A stretch of DNA of 64,000 nucleotides from Eledone cirrhosa (Eukaryota), in contig OZ024744.1 of assembly GCA_964016885.1 (NCBI GenBank), positions 103,168,001-103,232,000 on the forward strand, given 5' to 3'. Under the pieces are notes generated by a model, which made no database searches, was not told where the DNA came from, and saw only the letters and a list, made by a program, of their open reading frames with translations. The stretch's first letter is position 1; the number at the start of each line of letters is the position of its first letter. Position numbers and translations under genes: made by a program. Of the stretch, positions 26,932-39,543 are shown piece after piece.

Positions 26932-29083
26932 GTATGTATGTATGTATATATGTATGTATGTATATATGTATGTATGTATGTAGTTATGTATGTTCTTTTG
27001 GTTTTATAATTTCACACATTTTTACCAATAGAGAGAGAGAGAGTCGGTTTCTAACATAAACACAAGACTCTCATTGTAATTTACACAACATCAACAAAGT
27101 AGATTATGTATGCATGCATTCATGTGTAGATATGAATGTTATTTTATGTGTGGATGTGTATGTTTTGAGTTGTATGTCTGCATATGTATATGCTTTGTAT
27201 CTGTACATGTGTATATGCAGTTATTAGATGCAAAATTTTTGGAAGTTTTACATATTTTTACTGTTCCATTAATGGATTGTACTTGTAATTTCCTAACTAG
27301 TTGTGTTCTTTCTGTTCCTGTGAAGCCCAGTTTCTCAAGATTTGTATTGAAGCAGTTACTAACATACCCCTGTGCCCCAATAATCACAGGCATAAATCTG
27401 AGTAGTTATGTACGTATGTATCTATTTATGTGGGACTGCCTTTGTGCAGTGCCTTTTCCTCACTATAAAAGCTTCACGGCACAGCCATTGCTTTATATCT
27501 GGAGATCTCTCTGCACTTGTCATCACATGGTACCACGGGTCCAGCACTATGTGTCAATAATTGTCACAAGTGTAGTGTTTGTACCAGAGCTTTCAAGTCG
27601 CTGGCTGGCTTAAAAAGTCACACTCGTTCAGCGCATCAGTAGGGGTTCTCCTACATGGATATAAAGTAGTGGCAGTACTCGAAAAACGAGTTGGCAGCCA
27701 CCATGTATGTATGTATGTATGTCGGGTCACTCTTCAGTGTTACTTGTAACATGTAACCCAGTACAACCTGTCGCATCGTCGGGTTGTCGGTGACTAAACC
27801 GGCAACCCCACCAAGTTTAACTGGTGAGGAGGGTGATTTTGGATCCAGGTGACAAGGTTGTAGAGAAAAAGAAATTGTCATTTCTTGTGTAAGCCTTCAT
27901 CCTTTCAATCATGAGAATGTTTTATAAATTTTGAAGGTTTCAGATATCATGGCCATTTGTAGATCATGAATTTAGGAGCTATGTTCTTTCTCCATAAATC
28001 CCAGTTCAGTTATACTTTGGTCCAGGTGGAATTGTATATAAACTGTAGCTCCAATTATTATATCGTTGAATTCGACCATGTATCTTGGATACAGACTAGT
28101 GTAAATGTCAACTGATTACCCTCTTTTTTGTACAGTAAGTACTTGGTAGAGATTTCTTTTTCCTGGATTACATGGAGATATCCTTTAAGGTGAGATGTTA
28201 TGAACCTGTTGGAACTCCATGTCAGGCTTTTGGTATTGTTTATGCCCTCTATGGTCTGTGCTTTTCATCTCAAGTATCCATGTACAATTTCTTAGTAAAG
28301 TGGTCTATTATTTAATTTGTTTTGAGTATTGAGTAGAGTTTTCTGGTTGAGATGGTTGCTGACCATTTTCTTCTGTTGAAGATGTTGCTTAGTGTTACTA
28401 TCCGAGTCTCTTAAGATGTTAATATGGATTTTAGGTCCACAAAACTCTCCATGAGTGAGAAATATTGCCCATCCACATCACCATTGATGTGAAAATTTCC
28501 ATTAACACTGAGCAACTTGTAAGTCCCTACATCAATCTCCTTTAGTTCTTTGTACTATGGATATTGTCCTATACACGTGTCATACGTAGTGGGATTTGAC
28601 TAGGTACTGAATAGGAGAACAGGCATGAATGTATTTACTGCAATGAAAGAAGCTACTAAGCTGTGATAGTGGAGGAAGGCATGAATGAAGTTGAGAGATA
28701 TAGTGACGGCATTGATATCTACTAAGTGGACAGATTGATATATGTACATCTTTCTACCTGTCAGTCTATCTATCTCATCATCATCATGGCTTGACATTGC
28801 AAATGAAGTTTATCTAGCAGGTGGTCCACGTTGACTCTGAGATCACTCATGGTTGTACAGACAAATGTGGGACAGGCAGGCACAGCTACAGTGGCTACAT
28901 CTATATATATCTTCTCAGGGTTTAATAAATTGGTATTGAGGTTTCCCATTGTGTCTTATGTCCTTAAGGGTGGCCCTGTGGGTTGTTTAAAGGTTGAGAA
29001 AGCATGGTTGATGGGTGGGATTCCATTTGTCATGGTTCTTAGCTAGGGTGGACCACTGACGATGGTCCATGTGATTCTATATA

Positions 29084-30362
29084 CAAGGGGGGATCAAAAA
29101 GTTCGCAGAATTTTATCGTAGCAAGAAAAAAAGCAGGTTAAAACAATATTAAACATCTCAGAACATTGTCACTGCTATTAGTCACTTGCAGTTAGTTATG
29201 CGCGGATTATTGTACCGTACTGACAGTCTTTACAAAACCTCTTTTTGGAACAATGGAAAATAGTTATTTTGAGATAAGATCCAATATCAAGTTTCTGGTG
29301 AAACTCAAATGGAAAGGGACACAGATTATGGAGGCTTTAGTTAAAGTTTACCGTACTACTACTCCAAAGAAAACTGCTGTCTACAAGTGGATTCAGTGAT
29401 TCAAACAAGGAGAGACGACCTTGAAGACGACCATCGCAGTGGAAGACCAGGAGCATAAAAAAATGACCAAAACGTTGAGGCTGCTCAGAAGAAGATCGAA
29501 GAATAACAGTTAATCAGTTAGCTAAGTCCCTAGACATTTCATATGGTTCGGCAAATTCAATTCTGCATGATAATTTGGGACTAAGCAAGCTTTCAGCGCG
29601 ATGGATCCCAAAAGTGTTGCGCCCTGATCAGCTGATTCTTCAAAGTGATCTGTCGATGGTGATAATAAACAAAATTGAAGTTGATGAAGAGCATTTCCTG
29701 ACCAAAATCATCACCGTAGATGAAACCTGGATCTACCTGAATCCAAACAGCAGTCAAAACAGGGGCTTCCATGTGGATCATCGGGGCCAATCAATTTCAA
29801 ATCTCAAAAGTCGAATCAAAAAGTGATGGCCACCATTTTCTGGGATTCAGATGGGGGAATACTAATAGATTATCTTGAAGGTCAAAGAACTGTGACAGGA
29901 GCTTACTATGCAAATGTTTTAAGGAAGCTGAAAGAGGCATTAGTCAAGAAACGAAAAGGGAAACTTCATGGTGGTTTCTTGTTTCACCATGACAATGCAC
30001 CAGCGCATTCTGCGCGGGTTGCAAAAGAAGTTGTTCGAGAATTTCGATGGGAAGTGCTTCCTCACCCGCCTTATAGTCCAGATTTAGCCCCATCAGACTT
30101 TTTCCTCTTTCCAAAACACAAAGAAATGCTAAAAGGAACCCGTTTTAGTGGTGTTGAAGAAGCTAAAACCACTGGCAACACATGGCTTCGAACAAGGCCT
30201 TCAACTTTCTTTAGAGACGGCTTACGAAGCTGGAAGCATAGCCTTGTGAAGTGTATTGACCTGGATGGCAACTATATAGAAAAATAAATTGAAGGTAAAT
30301 CATATATTTTGAAAAATAGATTATTTTCTGAAAAATTCCGCAAGCATTTTGATCCCCCCTCG
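29084..30362 (+). mobile_element. Mariner (DD34D) transposon, frameshifted transposase
   Basis: TA-flanked TIRs C(A/G)AGGGGGGATCAAAA / TTTTGATCCCCCCTCG. Motifs DETW, HHDNAPAH, YSPDLAPSDF. Confidence 0.95.
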
Positions 30363-30441
30363 TATATGTGTGATGGTGTAATAATAAAAGAAAGGTTCTT
30401 AAATGTAACTTAATAAAAGAATGTTCTTGAATGTAACTTAC

Positions 30442-30498
30442 TGTTTTCAATTCTTGGTGGTTTGGTTGTCACTTGATCTCTGCCTGTAAACCATCCAC
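30442..30498 (-). pseudogene. Micro-exon copy 12 with destroyed splice acceptor (AG>TG)
   Basis: + strand reads ATCCACCAAAATAAAG instead of ATCCACCTAAATAAAG. There is also a GCA>ACA change. Confidence 0.65.
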
Positions 30499-30649
30499 CA
30501 AAATAAAGAAAATAATATCAAATCTACATATATAAACCTATGATATTAACAGATAATGATGTGTGATTTCAGGGAGAGTTGGCTGCTATTTCTAGCATAT
30601 TTAGTTACCAGATAGGTCTAGCATTGACGTCTTCATATAGATTTTAGTA

Positions 30650-30714
30650 TCATCATCATCATCCTCGTTTAACGTTCACTTTCCATGCTAGCATGGGTTA
30701 GACGGAAACACATA
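30650..30714 (-). mobile_element. ~60-bp RTE 3'-tail fragment inserted in the MITE of long units (also ~48278-48342)
   Basis: Reverse complement CCGTCTAACCCATGCTAGCATGGAAAGTGAACGTTAAACGAGGATGATGAT matches the tail at 34496-34560. Confidence 0.7.
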
Positions 30715-31257
30715 TGAAACACATAAGGAAGATGTTTGTGTTGTAGATCACTCAGCTAGAAATAGTAACTAAATCTCCTTCAAATTACACATTACCAATT
30801 TAAGTATGTATGTATGTAGTTATGTATGTTCTTTTGGTTTATAATTTCACACATTTTTACCAATAGAAAGAGAGAGTCGGTTTCTGACATAGACACAAGA
30901 CTCTCATTGTAATTTACACAACATCAACTAGGTAGATATGTATGTATGCATGTGTAGATATGGATGTTATTGTATGTGTGGATGTGGATGTTTTGAGTTG
31001 TATGTCTGCATATGTATATGCTTTGTATCTGTACATGTGTATATGTAGATATTAGATGCAACATTTTTGGAAGTTTTACATATCTTTACTGTACCATTAA
31101 TGGATTGTACTTGTAATTTCCTAACTAGTTGTGTTCTTTCTGTTCCTGTGAAGCCCAGCTTCTCAAGATTTGTATTGAGGCAGCTACTAACATACCCCAG
31201 TGACCCAATAATCACAGGCATAAATCTGAGTAGTTTTGTATGTATGTATGTATGTCG

Positions 31258-31455
31258 GGTCACTCTTCAGTGTTACTTGTAACATGTAACCCAGTACAAC
31301 CTGTCGCATTGTCGGGTTGTCGGTGACTAAACCGGCAACCCCACCAAGTTTACTTGGTGAGGAGGGTGATTTTGGACACCCAGCAAGGACAAAAACAAAA
31401 CCTTGACAAAGGGCGGAATAACTCATAAAAGTCAACAGCCATCCTAAAATGTGTA
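31258..31455 (+). repeat. Unclassified SINE-like/interspersed element; complete in long units (also ~48881-49075), truncated in short units (e.g. 1625-1745)
   Basis: GC-richer block between microsatellites ending in GTCAACAGCCATCC plus a simple repeat. Family not recognised. Confidence 0.4.
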
Positions 31456-31527
31456 AATATGTATATGCATATATGCATGTGTATATATGTGTGTATGTAT
31501 ATGTATACATGTATATATATATATATG

Positions 31528-34500
31528 CTCACTACCTCCCAAATATCTGACAGTGACTATATAATTATTGCAGGCGACCTAAATGGTCATGTTGGGCAAC
31601 ATTGTGACGGCTACGACGAAATCCATGGAGGCTATGGGTTTGGTACTAGAAATGAGGAAGGCTCCAGAATCCTGGAATTCTGTGATGCAAATAACCTAAC
31701 TATCTGTAACACTAACTTCAAAAAACGTGACAATCACCTGATCACCTATAGATCTGGGGAACACACAAGCCAGGTAGATTATATCCTTACCAGAAGACGT
31801 GACAGAGTGTCTGTTGTAAACACTAAATCCCTCCCCCATGAAGAATGCACCTCCCAACATAGACTGATAATTAGCGACCTCATAGTCAGGACGAGACGTA
31901 CTCGACAGCAGAAGAGGACTATCCTCAGGAGAAAAATATGGAAGCTAAAGGACCCCACAGCCAAAAATAAATTTCAAAACATATTACTTGATGCTTTCGA
32001 CAGTAAGGAAGAACATTTAGAGTCGGACAATATTGAGGGACAGTGGGAATTTCTGAAAGCAAACCTGCTGTTGGCCACAGACGAAGTCTGTGGCTGGAGC
32101 AGGCCTGTAGGCAGGAGGAGAGTAACATGGTGGTGGAACAGTAAGGTGGAGGGGTCAATTAAGGCCAAAAAGCAGGCTTGGAAAGTATGGCGGGATGGGG
32201 GAAGTAGAGTAGACTATCAAGTGGCCAGGAGGGAAGCTAGGAGAGAAGTGTACTTAGCAAGAAGGGAAGCTGAGGAAAGAAAGTTCAAGCATGTCCTACA
32301 ACGCGATGACCAAAAACGTGAGGTGTTCAGGATTGCTAGGCAATGCGTCAAGGAAAACCGTGATATTGTCGGGGAGAAGTGTGTACTTAACGATGATGGC
32401 ATACTTGCCATCACCGACACTGATAAGAAGGTAGCTTGGAAGTGTCACTATGAAAGGCTACTAAATGAGGAGAATAAATGGGAGAAAGACAGTCTCCCCC
32501 ATGTCGACCCAATAGAGGGACCAGCAGTGTTAGTCGAGGGGAGTATAATAAGTAAGGCAATCAAGGATATGAAGACAGGTAAGGCGGCTGGGCCTTCGGA
32601 AATAGTTGCTGAGATGCTGAAGGCATCTGGCACGGTGGGACACACCATGGTCACCCGCATAGTTAACCAAGTCGTACAGAATGGGGTTGTTCCGAAGGAC
32701 TGGCATAGCAGCATCATCGTTAACTGTTATAAGGGTAAAGGAGACGCCCTAGATAGGAGTAACTATAGAGGCATTAAATTAATCGACCAGGTCATGAAGG
32801 TCACAGAAAAAGTAATAGCGCAACTAATCAGAGAGAGAATTGACCTAGATGAAATGCAGTTCGGGTTTGTGTCAGGCAAAAGTACCACAGACGCTCTTTT
32901 CATAGTACGACAACTACAGGAGAAGTACCTAGCTAAAGGTAAACCCCTCTACTTAGCTTTTGTCGACTTGGAGAAAGCCTTCGACAGAGTCCCCCGCTCC
33001 ATTATCTGGTGGGCTCTTAGAAAACTAGGCGTTGACGAATGGCTTGTGAGGGCTATACAAGCCATGTATAAAGAAACAGTCAGCAAGGTTAGAATTAACA
33101 ACGAATATAGTGAAGAGTTTAGCGTAAAAGTTGGCGTCCATCAGGGCTCTGTTCTCAGCCCCCTACTATTTATTATTGCCCTTCAGGCTATAACAGAGGA
33201 GTTCAAGACAGGCTGCCCATGGGAACTCCTATACGCAGACGACCTGACACTCATAGCGGAATCAATGGCCGAGCTAGAGAAGAAATTCCAAACATGGAAG
33301 CACGGCCTAGAGTCAAAAGGACTTAAAATTAACCTGGCTAAGACCAAAGTTCTAGTTTGTAGGAAAGAAAACAAGGCGGCGGTCCCTTCTGGGAAATGGT
33401 CGTGCTCGGTGTGTAGGAAAGGCGTAGGTAGAAACTCCATTTTGTGTCCTAAATGCAAAGTATGGGTGCATAAAAGATGTAGTGGGATCACAGGTAAGCT
33501 AACTAAGAACATAGATTTTACATGTGGCCGGTGTTCTGGTGCAATAAGTAGCAGCAAGTGCCCACAAAATACTAGCTCTTTCAATTGCGCAGAGGGTTCT
33601 ATAGAAATAGTGGACAGCTTCCGTTACCTGGGCGATAAAATCAGCAGTGGGGGAGGGTGCTCTGAAAGTACTGTAGCTAGAGTCAGAACTGGTTGGAAAA
33701 AGTTCAGAGAGCTTATACCACTATTAGCTGCTAAAGGGTTCTCCCTAAAAATGAAAGGCAGGTTGTACGATGCCTGCATACGAACAGCAATGTTGCATGG
33801 CAGTGAGACCTGGGCATTGTGTGCAGAGGATATACGCAGACTAGAGAGGAACGAAGCTTGCATGCTCCGCTGGATGTGTAACAGTAATATACGTGAACGG
33901 CAAAGCATAAACGAACTAAGGAAAAAATTAGAGATAAGAGGGATCAGATGTTGTTTACTCGAGAGAAGGCTACGTTGGTATGGACACGTGATGCGCATGA
34001 AAGTCGATAGCTGTATAACAAAGTGCAGGGCAATAAAGATAGACGGTAGCCACGGAATAGGCAGACCTAGAAAAACCTGGGACGAGCTGATAAACTCCGA
34101 CCTCACACACTTACACCTCTCCAAGACAATGTCACTGGACCGAGACCTTTGGCGGTACTCAGTAACAGAGAAGACCCGCCTTGCCAGTAGGCATCTCTAA
34201 CAAAATACACCCCGTCCCACCACCACCACCCCCACCCCATCCACACCACCCCGTCCTATGTAAAGTTATGTTGGTGCCGCGCCATCCGGGCCGAAACAAA
34301 TGAGATCGTGTAGGTGTCACGACAAAAAAACACACAGTCCACGCTGTAATGTGGCCGTGTAGGCAACACGGTAAAAACCTCCCAGACCCACACTGTAAAT
34401 GTGGTTGGTGTTAGGAAGGGCATCCAACTGTAGAAAACCTGCCAGACAGTCCTATGCGATCAAGACAATCACTCTTGCCTCAATTGGGACTACCCCCGTC

Positions 34501-34560
34501 CAAACCCATGCAAGCGTGGAACACGGACGTTAAACGTTGATGATGATGATGATGATGATG
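31528..34560 (+). mobile_element. Young RTE-clade LINE, 5'-truncated in the APE domain; RT ORF intact to 34200; (GAT)n tail
   Basis: AGDLNGHVG, QVDYIL, SQHRL (APE); FVDLEKAFDRV, GVHQGSVLSPLLF, LLYADD (RT); Cys-rich PHD-like insert. Empty site at ~49143. The N-terminal ~23 aa of the track ORF are microsatellite read-through. Confidence 0.96.
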
Positions 34561-34575
34561 CATATGTATATATAT

Positions 34576-34927
34576 GCGTGGGAACATAGAAATAATTGGG
34601 CTGGATACCCGATCACACAGTTAAACCACGGGGAGTAATGGACCCCTAGTCTTTGTCAGGGCATTCTTCTAGAAGAAGGCAACTCAGGAAACTGGTATAA
34701 CACCCATATAAAACCTGTGGCTCAGCAGTTACTGATGATATTGATCTTTTTTTCTTTTTGAGTTATAGCTACTGTCGCTCAGAGACTGGGATTGGCTCAG
34801 TGCACAGTCTTTCCTCACTTTAAAAAATATCTTCACGCACAGGCATTGCACAATAGAATTAATTAATAATGGTATATCGTACAATGGCCATACTCGATAT
34901 CGAGGGGGCAGCCATCATGTATGTATG
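34576..34927 (+). mobile_element. Bipartite non-autonomous RTE derivative (5'UTR + 3' end, no ORF)
   Basis: Matches 56506-56800 fused to the 3' motif of ~59751-59815. (TATG)n tail. Confidence 0.85.
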
Positions 34928-36326
34928 TTCTTCGGGTTTTATAATTTTATAAATGTATGTATGTATGTACTTTCTCTTAATTTTAAATTTATTTTTGACT
35001 GGCCAACATCCTGGTGACAAGGTTGTAAAGAAAAAGAAATTGTCATTACTTGTGTAAGCCTTCATCCTTTCAATCATGAGAATGTTTTACAAATTTTGAA
35101 GGTTTCAGATATCATGGCCATTTGTAGATCATGAATTTAGGAGCTATGTTCTTTCTCTATAAATCCCAGTTCAGTTATACTTTGGTCCAGGTGGAATTGT
35201 ATATAAACTGTAGCTCCAATTATTATATGGTTGAATTTGACCATGTATCTTGGATACAGACTAGTGTAAATGTCAACTGATTACCCTCTTTTTAGTACAG
35301 CAAGTACTTGGTAAAGATTTCTTTTTCCTGGATTACATGGAGATATCCTTTAAGGTGAGATGTTATGAACCTGTTGGAACTCCATGTCAGGCTTTTGGTA
35401 TTGTTTATGCCCTCTATGGTCTGTGCTTTTCATCTCAAGTATCCATGTACAACTTTCTCAGTAAAGTGGTCTATTATTTAATTTGTTTTGAGTATTGAGT
35501 AGAGTTTTCTGGTTGAGATGGTTGCTGACCATTTTCTTCTGTTGAAGATGTTGCTTTGTGTTACTATCCGAGTCTCTTAAGATGTTGATATGGATTTTAG
35601 GTCCACAAAACTCTCCATGTGTGAGAAATATTGCCCATCCACATCACCATTGATGTGAAAATTTCCATTAACACTGAGCAACTTGTAAGTCCCTACATCC
35701 ATCTCCTCTAGTTCTTTGTACGATGGATATTGTTCTATACACGTGTCATACGTAGTGGGATTTGACTAGGTACTGAATAGGAGAACAGGCATGAATGTAT
35801 TTACTGCAATGAAAGAAGCTACTAAGCTGTGATAGTGGAGGAAGGCATGAATGAAGTTGAGAGATATAGTGAAGGCATTGATATCTACTAAGTGGACAGA
35901 TTGATATATGTACATCTTTCTACCTGTCAGTCTATCTATCTCATCATCATCATGGCTTGACATTGCAAATGAAGATTATGAAGCAGGTGGTCCACGTTGA
36001 CTCTGAGATCACTCATGGTTGTACAGACAAATGTGGGACAGGCAGGCACAGCTACAGCGGGTACATCTATATATATCTTCTCAGGGTTTGATAAATTGGT
36101 ATTGAGGTTTCCCCTTGTGTCTTTTGTCGTTAAGGGTGGCCCTGTGGGTTTTTTAAAGGTGGAGAAAGCATGGTTGATGGGTGGGATTCCATTTGTCATG
36201 GTTCTTAGCTAGGGTGGACCACTGACGACGGTCCATATGATTCTATATATATATGTGATGGTGTAATAATAAAAGATAGGTTCTTAAATGTGACTTAATA
36301 AAAGAAGGTTCTTGAATGTAACTTAC

Positions 36327-36383
36327 TGTTTTCAATTCTTGGTGATTTGGTTGCCACTTGATCTCTGCCTGTAAACCATCCAC
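36327..36383 (-). CDS. 57-nt micro-exon, repeat copy 13 (KSP variant)
   Basis: Splice sites intact; CCA>TCA. Confidence 0.72.
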
Positions 36384-39229
36384 CTAAATAAAGAAAATAA
36401 TATCAATTCTACTTATATAAACCTATGATATTAACAGATAATGATGTGTGATGTCAGTGAAAGTTGGCTGCTATTTCTAGCATATTTAGTTACCTCATAG
36501 GTCTAGCATTGAGGTCTTCATATAGATTTTAGTATGAAACACATAAGGAAGATGTTTGTGTTGTAGATCACTCTCCTTCAAATTACACATTACCAACTTA
36601 TGTATGTATGTATGTATGTATGTATGTATGTATGTATGTATGTATGTATGTATGTATGTATGTATGTATGTATGTATGTAGTTATGTATGTTCTTTAGGT
36701 TTTATAATTTCACACATTTTTACCAATAGAGAGAGAGAGTCGGTTTCTAACATAGACACAAGACTCTCATTGTAATTTAACAACATCAACAAAGTAGATT
36801 ATGTATGCATGCATGCATGTGTAGATATGGATGTTATTGTATGTGTGGATGTGGATGTTTTGAGTTGTATGTCTGCATATGTATATGCTTTGTATCTGTA
36901 CATGTGTATATGCAGTTATTAGATGCAAACATTTTTGGAAGTTTTACATATTTTTACTGTTCCATTAATGGATTGTACTTGTAATTTCCTAACTAGTTGT
37001 GTTCTTTCTGTTCCTGTGAAGCCCAGCTTCTCAAGATTTGTATTGAGGCAGCTACTAACATACTCCAGTGCCCCAATAATCACAGGCATAAATCTGAGTA
37101 GATATGTATCTATGTATGTATGTATGTGGGACTGGCTTTGTGCAGTGCCTTTTCCTCACTATAAAAGCTTCACGGCACAGCCATTGCTTTATATCTGGAG
37201 ATCTCTCTGTACTTGTCGTCACATGGTACCATGGGCCCAGCACTATGTGTCAATAATTGTCACAAGTGTAGTGTTTGTACCAGAGCTTTCAAGTCGCTGG
37301 CTGGCTTAAAAAGTCACACTCGTTCAGCGCATCAGTAGGGGTTCTCCTAGATGGATATAAAGTAGTGGCCGTACTCGAAAAACGAGTTGCAGCCACGATG
37401 TATGTACGTATGTCGGGTCACTCTTCAGTGTTACTTGTAACATGTAACCCAGTACAACCTGTCGTATCGTCGGGTTGTCGGTGACTAAACCGGCAACCCC
37501 ACCAAGTTTACTTGGTGAGAAGGGTGATTTTGGATCCAGGTGACAAGGTTGTAAAGAAAAAGAAATTGTCATTTCTTGTGTAAGCCTTCATCCTTTCAAT
37601 CATGAGAATGTTTTACAAAGACTCTCATTGTAATTTAACAACATCAACAAAGTAGATTATGTATGCATGCATGTGTAGATATGGATGTTATTGTATGTGT
37701 GGATGTGTATGTTTTGAGTTGTATGTGTGCATATGTATATGCTTTGTATCTGTACATGTGTATATACAGTTATTAGATGCAAATTTTTTGGAAGTTTTAC
37801 ATATTTTTACTGTTCCATTAATGGATTGTACTTGTAATTTCCTAACTAGTTGTGTTCTTTCTGTTCCTGTGAAGCCCAGTTTCTCAAGATTTGTATTGAG
37901 GCAGTTACTAACATACCCCAGTGACCCAATAATCACAGGCATAAATCTGAGTAGTTATGTATGTATGTGAAAATTTCCATTAACACTGAGCAACTTGTAA
38001 GTCCATACATCAATCTCCTCTAGTTCTTTGTACTATGGATATTTTCCTATACACATGTCATACGTAGTGGGATTTGACTAGGTACTGAATAGGAGAACGG
38101 GCATTGATTTCAAGGAGAATTGGCTGCTATTTCTAGCATATTTAGTTACCAGATAAGTCTAGCATTGAGGTCTTCATATAGATTTTAGTATGAAACACAT
38201 AAGGAAGATGTTTGTGTTGTAGATCACTCTCCTTCAAATTACACATTACCAACTTATGTATGTATGTATGTATGTATGTATGTATGTATGTATGTATGTA
38301 TGTATGTATGTATGTATGTATGTAGTTATGTATGTTCTTTAGGTTTTATATTTTTCACACATTTTTACTAATAGAGAGAGAGAGTCGGTTTCTAACATAG
38401 ACACAACACTCTCATTGTAATTTATACAACATCAACAAAGTAGATTATGTATGCATGGATGCATGTGTAGATATGGATGTTATTGTATGTGTCGGTGTGG
38501 ATGTTTTGAGTTGTATGTCTGCATATGTATATGCTTTGTATCTGTACATGTGTATATGCAGTTATTAGATGCAAACATTTTTGGAAGTTTTACATATTTT
38601 TACTGTTCCATTAATGGATTGTACTATGGGTATTGTCCTATACACATGTCATACGTAGTGGGATTTGACTAGGTACTGAATAGGAGTACAGGCATGAATG
38701 TATTTACTGCAATGAAAGAAGCTACTAAGCTGTGATAGTGGAGGAAGGCATGAATGAAGTTGAGAGATATAGTGAAGGCATTGATATCTACTAAGTGGAC
38801 AGATTGATATATGTACATCTTTCTACCTGTCAGTCTATCTATCTCATCATCATCATGGCTTGACATTGCAAATGAAGATTATGAAGCAGGTGGTCCACGT
38901 TGACTCTGAGATCACTCATGGTTGTACAGACAAATGTGGGACAGGCAGGCACAGCTATAGCGGCTACATCTATATATCTTCTCAGGGTTTGATAAATTGG
39001 TATTGAGGTTTCCCCTTGTGTCTTTTGTCCTTAAGGGTGGCCCTGTGGGTTTTTTAAAGGTGGAGAAAGCATGGTTGATGGGTGGGATTCCATTTGTCAT
39101 GGTTCTTAGCTAGGGTGGACCACTGACGATGGTCCATGTGATTCTATATATATATGTGTGATGGTGTAATAATAAAAGATAGGTTCTTCAATGTAACTTA
39201 ATAAAAGAAGGTTCTTGAATGTAACTTAC

Positions 39230-39286
39230 TGTTTTCAATTCTTGGTGGTTTGGTTGCCACTTGATCTCTGCCTGTAAACCATCCAC
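39230..39286 (-). CDS. 57-nt micro-exon, repeat copy 14
   Basis: Consensus sequence, splice sites intact. Confidence 0.72.
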
Positions 39287-39509
39287 CTAAATAAAGAAAA
39301 TAATATCAAATCTACATATATAAACCTATGATGTTAACAGATAATGATGTGTGATGTCAGTGAAAGTTGGCTGCTATTTCTAGCATATTTAGTTACCTCA
39401 TAGGTCTAGCATTGAGGTCTTCATATAGATTTTAGTATGAAACACATAAGGAAGATGTCTGTGTTGTAGATCACTCTCCTTCAAATTACACATTACCAAC
39501 TTATGTATG

Positions 39510-39543
<34 letters not shown>

